Shown here in pieces: positions 12,500-24,412 of a DNA stretch of 64,000 nucleotides. Positions within the stretch are counted from its first letter, which is position 1, and each line of letters starts with the position of its first letter. The position numbers and the translations under genes were made by a program. The stretch comes from Camelus ferus (Eukaryota): NCBI RefSeq assembly GCF_009834535.1, contig NC_045697.1:108378001-108442000 (forward strand). The letters are read 5' to 3'. Under the pieces are notes generated by a model. It saw nothing but the letters and a program-made list of their open reading frames with translations, was not told the origin of the DNA and made no database searches.

Positions 12500-13000
12500 T
12501 CTCTAAGATTCTTCCCATTTCGACCAGGAATGACTGCACAAGCTCATCTGCAAGTTGCCCCAGGAACTTGCAACATAATTCACTGAAATCTGAATTCAGA
12601 GTAGCTGCACTTTTCTCCAAAGCTGGTCGGCTTCCACAGTGACCCGCCAGTGCTCGTTCTCTCTGCCTTCTATCCCGCCATTCTCTTTGTCAGAGAAATC
12701 AGACGGAAGTTGGTCTCTCTGAACTCTGCCTCCTTTGGCCACCAAGCTGCAATTTCACCAGCAGCTGCAAGCTCCGTCTCTCCCTCCCTGATCTTATCTG
12801 GAACATCTGTAAGTCCCTTGTGGGCTTTACAAGTGTTTTGCAAGCCTCAGCTCACCTCCCCCCAACACGCCTCTTGTAATCACTCTTGGTTGCGTGCTTT
12901 TTCTCAATCTTATGCAAGAGTCTTTTTAAAGTTTGGGATCATCAAGTCCATCACAGCTACCTTGGATTCTTTCAATACTTCGCCCCTTCCTTCCTCCTCG
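12500..13000 (+). mobile_element. L2 LINE fragment
   Basis: Degenerate L2 3' region (aactctgcctcc...ttatctggaacatctgtaagtccct...tcaatcttatgcaagagtctttttaaa...atcaagtccatcac). Confidence 0.5.
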
Positions 13001-13404
13001 GAACCTGTTGTGATGGCAGAGATGAGCTCATTTCTGAGAGCGTCTCACTGTCAGGAGCGGTCCTCCCTGGAAGGGTCACATGTCACGGAAGCACACAGTG
13101 GGCTGTTTTCCTGAAGGCTTCATGGCATGCACCCTGCTCGGGGTGTGTGTCCAAGCAGAACCGGGTTTTCTCTTCTTGCTGATCAAGAACCCTGGGGTGA
13201 CACAAGTGGCGTCCACTTTCTTTTGGGCAGAATATCAAGTCTGAAAGAGATGATTTGCCTTGTTGCCTCCTATCCCCTGGGAGACCAGTAGGCAATCCAA
13301 TGAGTTTATCAGAAAACCACTGATTGCAGCTGGAAAAGCTGGAAAATAAAAGTTTGCGATCTTTCATTTTGCTTTCTCAGAAAGGAGTCCTTTTCAGAGT
13401 AACG

Positions 13405-13655
13405 ATAATAGTTGTTCAGTCTCACTGAGTGCTGATTTTTTGCCAAGCAAGTTTCTAAGCACTTGAAACATACGATTTCATTTAATCCGCCAACAACGTT
13501 TTTGGACAGGACCTATTTATTACTTTCATTCTACAGATGAGGACACAGAGACACAGAGAGGTGACATTTGTCCATGATCATAGAAAGAATAAATGATAGA
13601 GGCATGATTGGGACACGGGTCCACCCAATTTCATAGTCTGTACTCCTGCCCACCA
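13405..13655 (-). mobile_element. MIR SINE
   Basis: tttcatttaatcc...cattctacagatgaggacacagagacacagagaggtgac, the MIR core in reverse. Confidence 0.75.
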
Positions 13656-13685
13656 GGTCATAGCCACAGATGTCTTGTTAAAAAA

Positions 13686-13824
13686 TTTTTTTTAATTTTA
13701 CATTTTTGGGGGAGGTAATTAAGTTTTTTTTTTATTTATTTATTTCAGTGAAGGTACTGGGGATTGAACCTAGGACGCTGTGCATGCTAAGCACGAGATC
13801 TACCACTGAGTTATACCCTCCTCC
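13686..13824 (-). mobile_element. tRNA-Ala-derived camelid SINE (vic-1-like)
   Basis: Reverse head aggtactggggattgaacctagg...tgcatgctaagcac...taccactgagttataccctc with tail. Probable TSD acagatg(t/g)ctt. Confidence 0.9.
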
Positions 13825-13881
13825 GGCAACAGATGGCTTCAATCTTGAATTATTCCATTGGTCTTTTTAAACCTATTCTGG

Positions 13882-14027
13882 GTAGGGAGGGTATAGCTCA
13901 GTGGTAGAGTGCAAGCTTAGCATGCACGATGACCTAAGTTTAATTCCCAGTACTGCCTATAAAAATAAATAAATAAATAAATAAACCTAATCCCCCCCCC
14001 CAAAAAAAAATCCCAAAATAAAATAAA
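13882..14027 (+). mobile_element. tRNA-Ala-derived camelid SINE (vic-1-like)
   Basis: gggagggtatagctcagtggtagagtgcaagcttagcatgcac...(aaat)n acctaat(c)n. TSD taaacctat(t/c)ctgg at 13868-13881 and 14028-14041. Confidence 0.92.
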
Positions 14028-15570
14028 TAAACCTATCCTGGACCATCTATTTATAGCCACTAAATATTACTCCTGCCAGCCTTACCTAGGACTTGGGGCA
14101 TAGAAATGTCTTCTTGAGTTTTGATGATCTGTAAACTCATTGAACACTGCCACTCTTATGTTAGAAATGTCTGCTTTCTCTGCCTCTGTTATGCTTCTCA
14201 CTATTGCACAGCAATAATTTGTTTCCATGTCTGTGAGCTCTCTGGTCTGAGGGGCTATCACGTACTCATTTTTTGTGTCTGCTGAATGAATGATTGAATG
14301 AACGAACGAATTTGATGCTATTTATTCTCATTAACACCTTTCAACATGTCGAAGAGGCTGACTCCAACTGGGAAACAGTCGCACCTGTGTTTTGTTAGGA
14401 ACAAGGCTGTCTTTTCCTGGTGGGGTTGACCTTTCCAAGGAGGTGACTGATGGAATGCCATAAAACTCCCTCTTCTCACAAATTCTCACTCAGGCCTACT
14501 GTTCCACAATTAAAGATTTATTCCTTTGACCTATGTCTTACCAGCCATTTGCACCTTAATCCCTCTCCTCCGGAGAAGGAGGATGTCATGGAGCCTAGAG
14601 GAGGGAGTGTAAAGGCAAGAAATCTGTACAGAGGAACACAGGGGACCTCTGAGAAGGGCCGGAGCCAGTGGTGTCGTGAGGGTGGAGACTGGGAGTTCCA
14701 CAGGTAAAAGAACGGACCCAGAAATGTCCTCTTAGGTGACTCTCAAAACACTTTTCCATAAGATAATTCATAATTTCAAAGCAGAGAAGAAGCTTAAACC
14801 AACTCAGCTTATTTAAAAATCCAAGTCCTTATCAAAGCACTTCTTTAAGAAAATAGCCTCAAAGGCTTTGGTAGAAATCTGAGGAATTAGGCAAAATGAG
14901 GTCAGTCTAGTATGTGCTGTGTGCATCTATAAAGACACAGACCGAATTGCGTCGTACTTCTCAGGGAAGTCCTGAGTCAGCAGAAGAGGCCACCTGCACC
15001 CCAAGTGCCCGCTTCCAAGAGACTATCTGTGGCTTTATCTTGGCCCAGGGCCCAGCCCTCTTCCCAGCACATTTCTGACTTTCCTGCTACTCACATCCAG
15101 TGCTGGTTTAGAAATAAAAGGTTGCTGTCATCTTGGGTGAGGGAAGGAGCCCTTCTCCACAGATTTCCTTAAAAAACAGTTCTATCAGCTTTCCAGGTGA
15201 CAGCCTCCCATTCCCGCTTCTTGCTTTCGCTCTCACTCTCTTTGGGGATCCTGGGTCAGCAAGGTCGGCTCCCTCTGCCTCAGTTTCTGCATCTGGGCTT
15301 GGGGATTTGGGGGTGGGGCAAAGGAAGTGATTATTTCATTAGCAAAGTGCTTAATAGCATTTCATTATCTATCAGCATCTCCCTTCCCTTCTTCCTCACT
15401 GGGATATTTTGAGAACTAATGAGATAATGGTCTGCAAGTGGTTGGAGCCCCTCTGAGGGAGTTAGATGGTACCCAGGACACCAGCCCCACTTCCTCCTAG
15501 AGTACTTCTGGTCATTAACAATGCCCATGTGTTTAGACCCAAGGAGTGACCTCACCCAGCAGCCGCAAGC

Positions 15571-15578
15571 CACACACA

Positions 15579-15622
<44 letters not shown>
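15571..15622. repeat. (CA)n microsatellite
   Basis: About 26 CA units with one interruption. Confidence 0.95.
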
Positions 15623-15626
<4 letters not shown>

Positions 15627-16849
15627 CTCATGGTCAATTACCACAAGACACATCCATGTTATTTACCAATTCTGATCCTCAAAGCAAATATATGAAGTAA
15701 ATCAATGGCAATCCTGTACGAGACCAAGAATTTCATATTTTAAAATGATGAATCATAAATAAATAAGAAACAGAAACCCACTCAATTCTGACCCAGAAGT
15801 AAGGGGTTGCACAATGCACTTGCAATAATATGCTAAAAAAAAAATTACAAATTCACATTGAATAAAATGCATTTGTGTGCAGGATAAAATATTAGTAAGG
15901 GATGCTCGTCTTCCTGGATGCCTCTAAGAAGCACACCACAGTGAAGGGAGTTCACTGAGCCCCCAGAACATGAAAGGAAAAGACCTGGTTCTATAACAAG
16001 CTCACAGAGATCAACCTAATTAACTGATCAATTTGGAATGGGGGCAGATGAGGAAATCTGTTCAAGTATCTCTTTGATGAAATCGACAGGCAAGTTTGGT
16101 GCAAATAGAGGGGGAACGGAGAGAGAGAGAGAAATGAATCTCAAGCAAGCAATTCCTTCCAGGTCTCTGGTTGGTAGATTTTGAGGCCAGCCCCCTCTCC
16201 AGTTTCACAGCTTTGCAAAATTTAACTGTTTCTCTGTGTTCCACTGAAATACTTCATTTCAGAATCCCACAAAATGATTTTGTCTCCTGCTCATTTGTAT
16301 TAGGAATTTTAGAGTCTGACATCCAAGTGAAGTGGGCTCTGGGAACTCGGGAGAAAATGTTAGATCTGTTTAGATTTCTGCTTTTCATTCTACACATATA
16401 AGGGGAAGATTTTAAATATTGAAAGGAGGAAATAAAATATGGAGGAGGTAGTCAGACTCAGTCTTTATGGAATAATAATTGCAAACCTTTTCCAAATCTT
16501 TCTCCTCATTTTGTTTCGAATAGTGCAGTAGCCTCTCTTCGGTTTTTATAGCGGCATTCACTTCCGTGGGATTATGTTAGGCAAAGAATTTGAATACAGA
16601 CCACTCCTCCTCTGGCTCTCAGCCCTGGGGACCCGACAGCTGGGAATTGTGTGGCAAATAATCTATTACAAATAATGAAGAATTGAAGTTTATCAATGAT
16701 TTATTACACAGCATATAAACAGAATATCTCAAGGTTATTACCCAGGTTCCAATTTGTTTTCACTTCCTTTTCTTCTTCTCTTTTGGATCACAGAGTTAAA
16801 TTAGTTCTACTCTTAAGTTCATGGTGCATTCATCAATCCACAAAAGGTC

Positions 16850-18015
16850 CCTCTTTTATCTTACAGTGGCTTTCTCTCCTATGTCCTGACCCCCACTCCA
16901 GTCCTCCTCACTCCTATTTTGATTTAGACATATGTATAAACCTACTTGAAAAATACATGGTATTGCTTTATGCCTGTGTGTGTCTAACTGCAAAAAGCAA
17001 TGTGCTAAAGATCTCATTCTTTTGCTTACTTTTTTAAAAAATCCAATTCTATGCTTTTGCAATCCACCCTTGTTGTAGCTGTGAGTCTAATTATTACAGC
17101 TGATGGCTTACATGTAACCGCATTTGCCCTTGTCCTAGCAATGGACTCCTGGTTGACTCCACTTCTTGGCTGCAAGGAACATGCACAGAGCTGTCCCCTC
17201 ACGGATTTGTGCCAGCCTGTCTCTGGGGTTTGCACCAGGAGCAGGGTTGCCGAGGCAAAGGACATTCCCTCCAGAAGTTCGAGAGGCTTTCTATTTCCCT
17301 ACATGCCTTTCCTCGCTTGATATTTAAAAGATTTCCAATTTTTGACAATGTGATAATTTTAAAGTGGATCACATTGTAATTTAAATTCGCATTTCTCTGA
17401 TTACTAGTGAAGTGAATATCTCTTCATATGCTTATTAGCTATTTGCATTTCTTCTCTGAACTGCCTACATCCTTGACCCATATTTTTCCTATGTGAGTTT
17501 CCTCTGTTTTTCTTGCCAACTTGCAGGAGTTTCTTGGGGGCATTAATTCCTTATTGATTTTTGGACACTGCAAACTTCTCTCCCCAGTGCCATCTGTCAT
17601 ATAGGTTAACTGTTTTGAGCTGAAATCTTTACTTTTGATGTACTCAGACCCATCAATTTTCCACTTATGGTTTATGTTCTTTGGGTCTTGGTTAAGAAAT
17701 TTCCTTCAAACCCCAGAACCACAAAGATATTCTTCTACATACTCCTCTATAAAATGTGTATCTTTTCCCTTTTTGTCTTAGGTCTTGAATGCATTTGGAA
17801 TTTATTTTTACATATGTTGTAAGATGGGAATCCAACTTTTTTTTCCCCCATGGTGAATCAGTTTTCTCAGTACCATCCACTAAATGATCCATCTTCTCCT
17901 AACTGGTTTGGGAAGAAGCTTTACTAGGTACCAGTTTCTGATGGAAACATGTCAGTCTCTTTGGTCATTTTGCCTGTGTCTGCACCCCTACCCCACAGTT
18001 TTATTATGGTAGCTT
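16850..18015 (-). mobile_element. Old L1M fragment, antisense (host of the first MER41-like LTR)
   Basis: ttgtaatttaaattcgcatttctctgattactagtgaagtgaatatctcttcatatgcttattagctatttg...ttaggtcttgaatgcatttggaatttattttt, which is reverse L1 ORF2/3' sequence. Confidence 0.75.
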
Positions 18016-18635
18016 TGAGACGGGCAGGAAGGGGCAGGGCACAGTGCTTTAAGAAATAACACAGCAATTAATACCAGGGCAGCAAAAAGTGGGAGATTTG
18101 ATCCCTAGTAGACCCTGGCCTTCATTATCCGCTCACTGTAATATATTAGCACGATAAATGGCACTCCCACAGGGCCATGAGAATTCCAGGGCCAACCATA
18201 AAAGGTCAAAAAGTGGGTAGTGGCCCAATTCTTGGGAATTGCCACCCCCTCCCCAAAGTAGCTGAAATAATCCTCCCACTTGTTAGCATATGAAGTTACT
18301 GAGCCCAAACTAACAGCCCCCACACCTCATGGCTGCTCTCCCTTTTAGGTGAGATGGACCACACTCTGTCTATGGAGTGTGCATCTCCCTTTACTTTAAG
18401 CTGAGCACCCAACTCCCACACCTCATGGCCTTTCTCTTGCCTTCTGAGACAGCCTGTATTCTGTCTATGGAGTATGTATCTCTCTGAATAAGTCTACCTT
18501 TATTCAACTGTGGCTCGCTCTTGAATTCTTTCCTGCATGAAGCCAAGGACCCCCACTTGGTGGGGCACATCCCAGACTCAGCCAAGACCTAGGACATGGC
18601 CATCCTCTCACACCACATTCATTTTTCCTGTATCA
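18016..18635 (+). mobile_element. ERV1 solo LTR, MER41-like (copy 1)
   Basis: TG...CA ends with a near 4-bp TSD gctt/gttt. Shares diagnostic MER41 blocks (cattat..cgctcact.taatatattagca...cactcccac...ccatga; aataatcctcccacttgttagcatat; ctgtggctcgctcttgaattctttcctg...ccaaggacc). Confidence 0.85.
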
Positions 18636-19518
18636 GTTTTGAAAAATGTCTTAGTCAATATCTTTTGTTCAATGGAAGAGAAGGCTGGGGTTGTAGTTAC
18701 TAGACTGAGAATTATACACAATCCCACAGTCTCCCTTATCCTTGTCCTAGCCCATAATTCTCACACTGGGTCACCCGTGGGAGCATAGCCTACATGTAAC
18801 TGTCATCTGTAATGTATGGCAAAATGGGGAAAAGAGATTATGTCAGGCAACATCAAAGTGATCGCCTATTTGCCCTGCATAATTCTTCAGAATTAAAATT
18901 GTGTCTTTCAAGATAAGAGAGTCAATATTTTTTACTCTTCATCCTGAAAGCTATTCCCTTTTAAAACCTATAAAACAATTCTATAGAAATGAAAGCTTTT
19001 CAAGGACAGTTTTACTGGGTCTCCAAGATGTCCTAAGAAGGTAATATGTGTGAAGCCACTGAGGGGCAGAATGGTTGGTCATTTATTCCCCTGTTCCTCT
19101 CCAACAGCTAATCTGCAGTGGATCTGAAACTAGGACCCAGATCTCCTGAGACTTCCTTGCCAACGTCATACATAGTTATCCAATGTCTCCCGTGTGCAAG
19201 ACATCACTGCATGGAGTAGAAAAATGAATAAACAGACATGGCCTCTGCCTGCATGTTACTACTCAGTGACTTGTCTGGAACCTGGGTTGCACCCTCACTC
19301 ATGGAAGGATGAACGTCTAATGAAGCTGGACAGCCTTTAGCCCATTCTATCAGCCAGAGGTCAATTCAAACACATTTTACACAGACCTGCTCGCAATCAG
19401 CGCTCGCAATCAGCTAAACATTCTAACTGGATCCTGCCAAGGTGGATTTACTGGCCAAATATAGGCTTCATCTCCAACTCAGATGAGGGGAAAATGGCAT
19501 GCCAAGAATGTCCTTCAA

Positions 19519-19671
19519 GGGGGAAGGTATAGCTCAGTGGTAGAGTGCATGCTTAGCATGCACAAGGTCCTAGGTTCAGTCCCCAATACCTCCTCTTAAA
19601 AGTAAATAAATGAATAAACCTAATTACCCCCCCAAAACAAACAAACAAACAAAAACAAACAAACACAAAAA
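19519..19671 (+). mobile_element. tRNA-Ala-derived camelid SINE (vic-1-like)
   Basis: ggtatagctcagtggtagagtgcatgcttagcatgcacaaggtcc...(aaac)n tail. Perfect 13-bp TSD aagaatgtccttc at 19504-19516 and 19672-19684. Confidence 0.95.
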
Positions 19672-20404
19672 AAGAATGTCCTTCCAGAACAGGAATGAGA
19701 TTGAATCTGCACTAGTGTTTCTGGATACTCACAGTTGAAGAATTTCCAGATGAAGGAAAGGACAGAATATTCAAGAACAGAGGGGGGAAAAAGGAAGGAA
19801 GGTAGGGAGGAAGGGGAAAGAAAAGAAAAGAGAAAGAAGATGAAAAGAAAAGGCTGGTGCTTAGGTGGGAATAACTAGAAAAAGAAGACAGCATATAACA
19901 GGAAGAGACAGCCCTAAAAAGCCTTGTTCCTTCAATGTCCCTGACTTCACCAGAACCTGGTTACTTGGAATAAATATCAGTGCTTAAACAGCACACATGG
20001 GGGTGGCTGACACAAAGAAAGTGCCCAAAAATTATTATTATTTTTTAAAGTAGATAATTATCTCTTAGAAATCAAGGAACCAAGGAGGAAATCAAACTAT
20101 CACTTACAAGCATGAAATAAACTGAACTCTATTCTCATTGTTTCCATTTTTTGTTTTCCCTTAAGTCCTATTCCTGAAGGAGTATCTCATTTTAAAATAA
20201 TCCACATGTTGTCAATCGTAGCAATAAAACAAAATAAAACTAAAGAGAGGGAAAGGAAAGAAGCTCTAATGTTTGCCTAAAGAAAGTTCCAGCATATCCA
20301 GATTTTGAATTCTAATTCAGTCCCCAAAATTATTCAAAATTGGCTGGTGGATTAAGAGTAACATGGAAGGATACTGAGAGTTTATTGAAGTTTAAAGGTA
20401 AGTT

Positions 20405-20740
20405 AGATAATGGTGTAGCACATCATTTAACTATTATGCTGTACACCAGAAATTGACACAACATTGTACACTGATCATGCTTCAATTTAAAAAAAAAGAG
20501 TTCAGCGCCTAGAGCCAGACTGCTCAGCTGAGATCTTACCTCTTCCTCTTAAATAGCGATGAGGCTTTGGGCAATATTTTTAACCTCTCCATGCTTCAGT
20601 TTCCCCATCTGCAAAATGGAACTAGAAATTAAACCTGTCTCATAGGATTCTTGAAGTTATTCAATGAATTCATACACAGAAAATCAGTCTGAACAGTGTC
20701 TGTTACATAATGAGAAGTCAATAAACGTTAGTTGTTATTA
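20405..20740 (+). mobile_element. MIR SINE with a ~65-bp L1 tail (about 20432-20497) inserted near its 5' end
   Basis: gagccagactg...tttgggcaa...taacctctccatgcttcagtttccccatctgcaaaatgg is MIR. attatgctgtacaccagaaattgacacaacattg+poly(A) is the L1 tail. Confidence 0.8.
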
Positions 20741-22442
20741 ACATCATAACAGTTTCATCTCATATCTATCTGCATAGAAAAGTTGGTAAAGATATAGCAT
20801 AAAATTTTAACTGTGTTTCTCTCTGGAAGGTGAGATAATGGATTTTTCTTCTTTTTTTGGCATTTCTCTAATTTTCCAACCATGAAAATATATTGATTTT
20901 ATAATAAGGAGGAACAAGTTACTTTTACTTTTTGACAAAAGATGAGGAGGGGCTGGGGAGATTGGCACATTCATGTACTCAGGAGTTACCTGCAAATAAA
21001 CAGTCTAGCAACGAGGCAAAGTTTTGAGTTTGATCTCAAAATAAATAGGGGGTTCGGGGGCTGATGAGGTGAGAAAAAAATGGGGGAGAGTTTCAGTCTC
21101 CTCCTAATTTTCTGTTTTATGCTCAGGGTTAAGGTTCAATATTGCAGCAAAATGAACAAAGAAACCAAGGGCTGTGAGAGGTCACAGGGACAAACACGGA
21201 CTGGCTCTGGAGTTTTGAAAGGCACTGGCTAATTTCATGACCATTAATAACATCTGCAGTCCTGCTGGGCAGGCTAATGGCAGGGATAATTAGAGCCTGT
21301 GCTCCAAGACAGATGACTGCTTGTCAGAGCGGAAGAGCGAGCCCACCCTGGGGCCATGTTGCCCATGGGTAGGCAGGGCCGGGAGGGGGCAGGGCCTTGC
21401 CGGGAAGGACCCTACGTGATCACAGCGTAGGGTCGACCTGGACGGGTCTCTGTGGGTAGATTCTTCTCTCACAAAGGAAACAGCTAGTGTAGGTGCTGCG
21501 CAGGGCTTGGGTCTGGATGGAAAACTGGCCCACGCGGGTGGTATCCTGCACTGAAATATTTCATGCTTCACATACCCAGGATTTAGGCTTACAAAAATAC
21601 ATTCAGTGTAAAGAAGTTGTGAAATCCATAAATTATATCATTAACTAGTAGTTATACAGCAGTGATTACGCACGGGTGGGGTGATTTTCTAGTCACCCAA
21701 ATTAAGAAGCGATCATTTCAAGACAATCTTTCTTCAAGGACAAGGAGAACAAGAGGATTGATGTGAATCTTTTGGTCTTTCCTCGTCTCCAAAGCAGCTC
21801 AAGCTGTTCAGTTCTTTAATCAAGATGACTGATACATCTTCTCTAAAAGTTTTGTTTGGAAATGAACACATGTATTTTCAAGGTGAAGGTTTCCATCTAG
21901 ATAAGTCTCAGAATGAATCCTTCCATCCACAGGATGGTTCACTAGAGATGATGTTAAAAAACACTTGTAATTTGTCCCAATAATGTCACCGAAGCAAAAA
22001 CGAAATTAAATGACTACATTGTAGACTTCTTTCCTTTCTCAGAGAATGTTAGATCTCCCGGTGCAGGGCCACACGATTCTACAAAAAGAATCCTAACCAA
22101 CTTCAATTTAGATGGAACAAGAGTGATTATCTCAGATTTCTCTTAGAACCCCTCTAAAATGACAGAAAAGGAATTGAAGATGTTTCAAATCACAAAAGCA
22201 AAAAACCAGAAACATCAATGACAGCCGACCAGTACTGTCCATGAACCATTACAAGAAAGAAATCATCAGGATGGGATTTGGGACTTCCTTCTCCAGCAGT
22301 ATGACAGGCCAGACATTCTGACAAACTCTAATGCCAAAACACACTGGGATCCTAGTAAATTACGTGCACGGAAGAGACTAGGAGATGGGAAACATGAGGA
22401 GAGGTTACGAAAAGTAGAAGATAAGGTGAGAAGGTGTGACAG

Positions 22443-23088
22443 TGAGACAGGAAGAGAGCAGAGCACAGCCATTCAAGAAATGACACAGCAATTAACACCA
22501 AGATGCTGGAAGATTCAGCTCCCAGTAGGTCTTGAGGCCCAAGATGGCAGGAGATTTGACTTCCAGTAGACCTTGAGCTTCATTATACACTCATTATAAT
22601 ATATTAGCATGGTAAATGACACTCCCATGGGTGCCATGACAGTTCTGAGGCTGACCATAAAAGGTCAGTGTTCCAATTCCTGGCAATCCCTGCCCCTTCC
22701 CCTAAGTAGTTGGAATAATCCTCCCACTTGTTAGCATATGAAGTACTGAGCTCATAGAACTAACAACCCCCACACCTCGTGGCCAGGCTCCATTCTGAGT
22801 GAGATGGACCGCATTCTGTTTATGGAGTGTGTAACTACTTTTACTTTAAACTAAACACCCATCTCCCACACCTCATGGCCTTTCTCTTGCCTTCCGAAAC
22901 AGCCTGCGCTCTGTCTATAGAGTGTGTATCTTTCTGAATAGATCTACCTTTACTCAACTGTGGCTCACTCTTGAATTATTTCCGAAGTGAAGCCAAGGAC
23001 CCTCACTTGATTGGGGGGAGTGTCCCACAGACTCAACCAAGACCTGGAACACGGCCATCCTCTCACCCCACATTTTTTTCCTGTATCA
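22443..23088 (+). mobile_element. ERV1 solo LTR, MER41-like (copy 2)
   Basis: TG...CA ends, co-linear with 18016-18635. Contains ccaagatggc...cattatacactcattataatatattagcatgg...gacactccca..gtgccatgacagtt, matching MER41 as recalled. Confidence 0.88.
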
Positions 23089-23852
23089 ATAAAATCTCAC
23101 AGTACAAAACAGAGAGAACAGAGAAAATGCAAATGTTATTGAAAAAATATTAATGAAAAGCATGAATCTGCTGATCCAGGAAACAGAAGAAATTCACCAG
23201 TGTTAATAATCTGCTTTTTTCATTTGGGTGGTAAATTCATGGGTTTTCATTGCATTAGTATGGTTTTAATACACATATGTGTTAAATATATTCTTCAAAA
23301 TGACATAATTTAACAGGTTAAAGAATTTTGAGAAGCATGAACCACTTAGGCCTCAGCTTTCACTCTTCGCTAGGTTCCTGGAGAAGAGTGAGGAAGGTTG
23401 GGGAAGAAGAAAGTTTACATGTGTGCAGGCCCCTGGAAAACCTCAGAGGCTGGAGGCACAACACACATGTGAAGGCAGGGGTGAGGGAGAAAGCCAAAAA
23501 CTAGAAGATTGGTTAAAAATCTATATAATAATTAGACCCAGCTTCCTTTCCCCAACATACTCCGTCAGAAGGCTATCATTCCTCTATCCTGGAAGACTGG
23601 AGGGTTTCTCTCTGGAAAGATTTGAATCAAAAGGGTCTGGCCTTTGGGACACCAAACTTAGCTGAAAAACTTCTTGAAAGCCCCCTGGTTTAAGTGAGTT
23701 CCTTTTCCCTCCCCCATAACCCCTCACTTTGCTTAGATCCTATAATTCTAGCTTCCAGAGTTGTCACCACTCTGACTCTAACTCCCAGATCAGGCGTTAG
23801 AGGATTGGTGTCTGAAGAAATGAAAGTACTCAAAAGAAAACATCTACAAATC

Positions 23853-24190
23853 TTTTTTTTAAACAATGTTGTATTAGTTTCTGGTGTACAGCATAGTGAT
23901 TCAGTTTTATATATACACAAAACTTATAAATATATATTCTTTTTCATTGCAGGTTACTACAGGCCATTGATAGTTCCCTGTGCTGTACAGCAGAATCTTG
24001 TTGTTTATCTATTCTGTACATGGAAGTTTGTATGAGTCAATCCCAAACTCCCAATTTATCCCTCCCTCCCCACTTTCCCCCCAGTTACCACAGTTTGTTT
24101 TCTATGAGTCTCTTTCTGTTTTGTAAATAAATTCACTTGAGTCAATTATTTTTTAGATTTCATAAATAAGTGGTAGCATATGATCTTTGT
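23853..24190 (-). mobile_element. L1 3' end, antisense
   Basis: Poly(T), then aacaatgttgtattagtttctggtgtacagcatagtgattcag...atagttccctgtgctgtacag, the reverse of the L1 tails at 763 and 33663. Confidence 0.9.
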
Positions 24191-24412
24191 GAGAACTTCT
24201 ACAGACTCTTATTTCAATAGAAAGGACTGATGATAGAGTTGAGGAGCTCTTCCAGGAAGTAGAACAAAGGAGATAGAAAATTGCAGAGAAAGCTAAGAAA
24301 CTGTGTATATTAATCAAGAGGTCCAACATACAAAGAGCAGGAGTTCCAAAAGGAGAAAAGAGAAAAACAGGAAGGGGAGAAATTATTAAAGAAATAACAC
24401 AAAAAGTTTCCC

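Noticed and set aside
19519..19596. tRNA-Ala(AGC)-like genes (also near 2120, 13750, 13885, 27575, 32390, 34510 and 36788)
   Set aside because: Each has a SINE tail, a TSD and stem-breaking or CpG mutations. They are SINE heads, not tRNA genes.
18016..23088. Full provirus or novel LTR retroelement bounded by the two similar LTRs
   Set aside because: I see no primer-binding site, polypurine tract or gag/pol. The interior contains an older MIR, the first LTR has its own near-TSD, and the two LTRs differ structurally.
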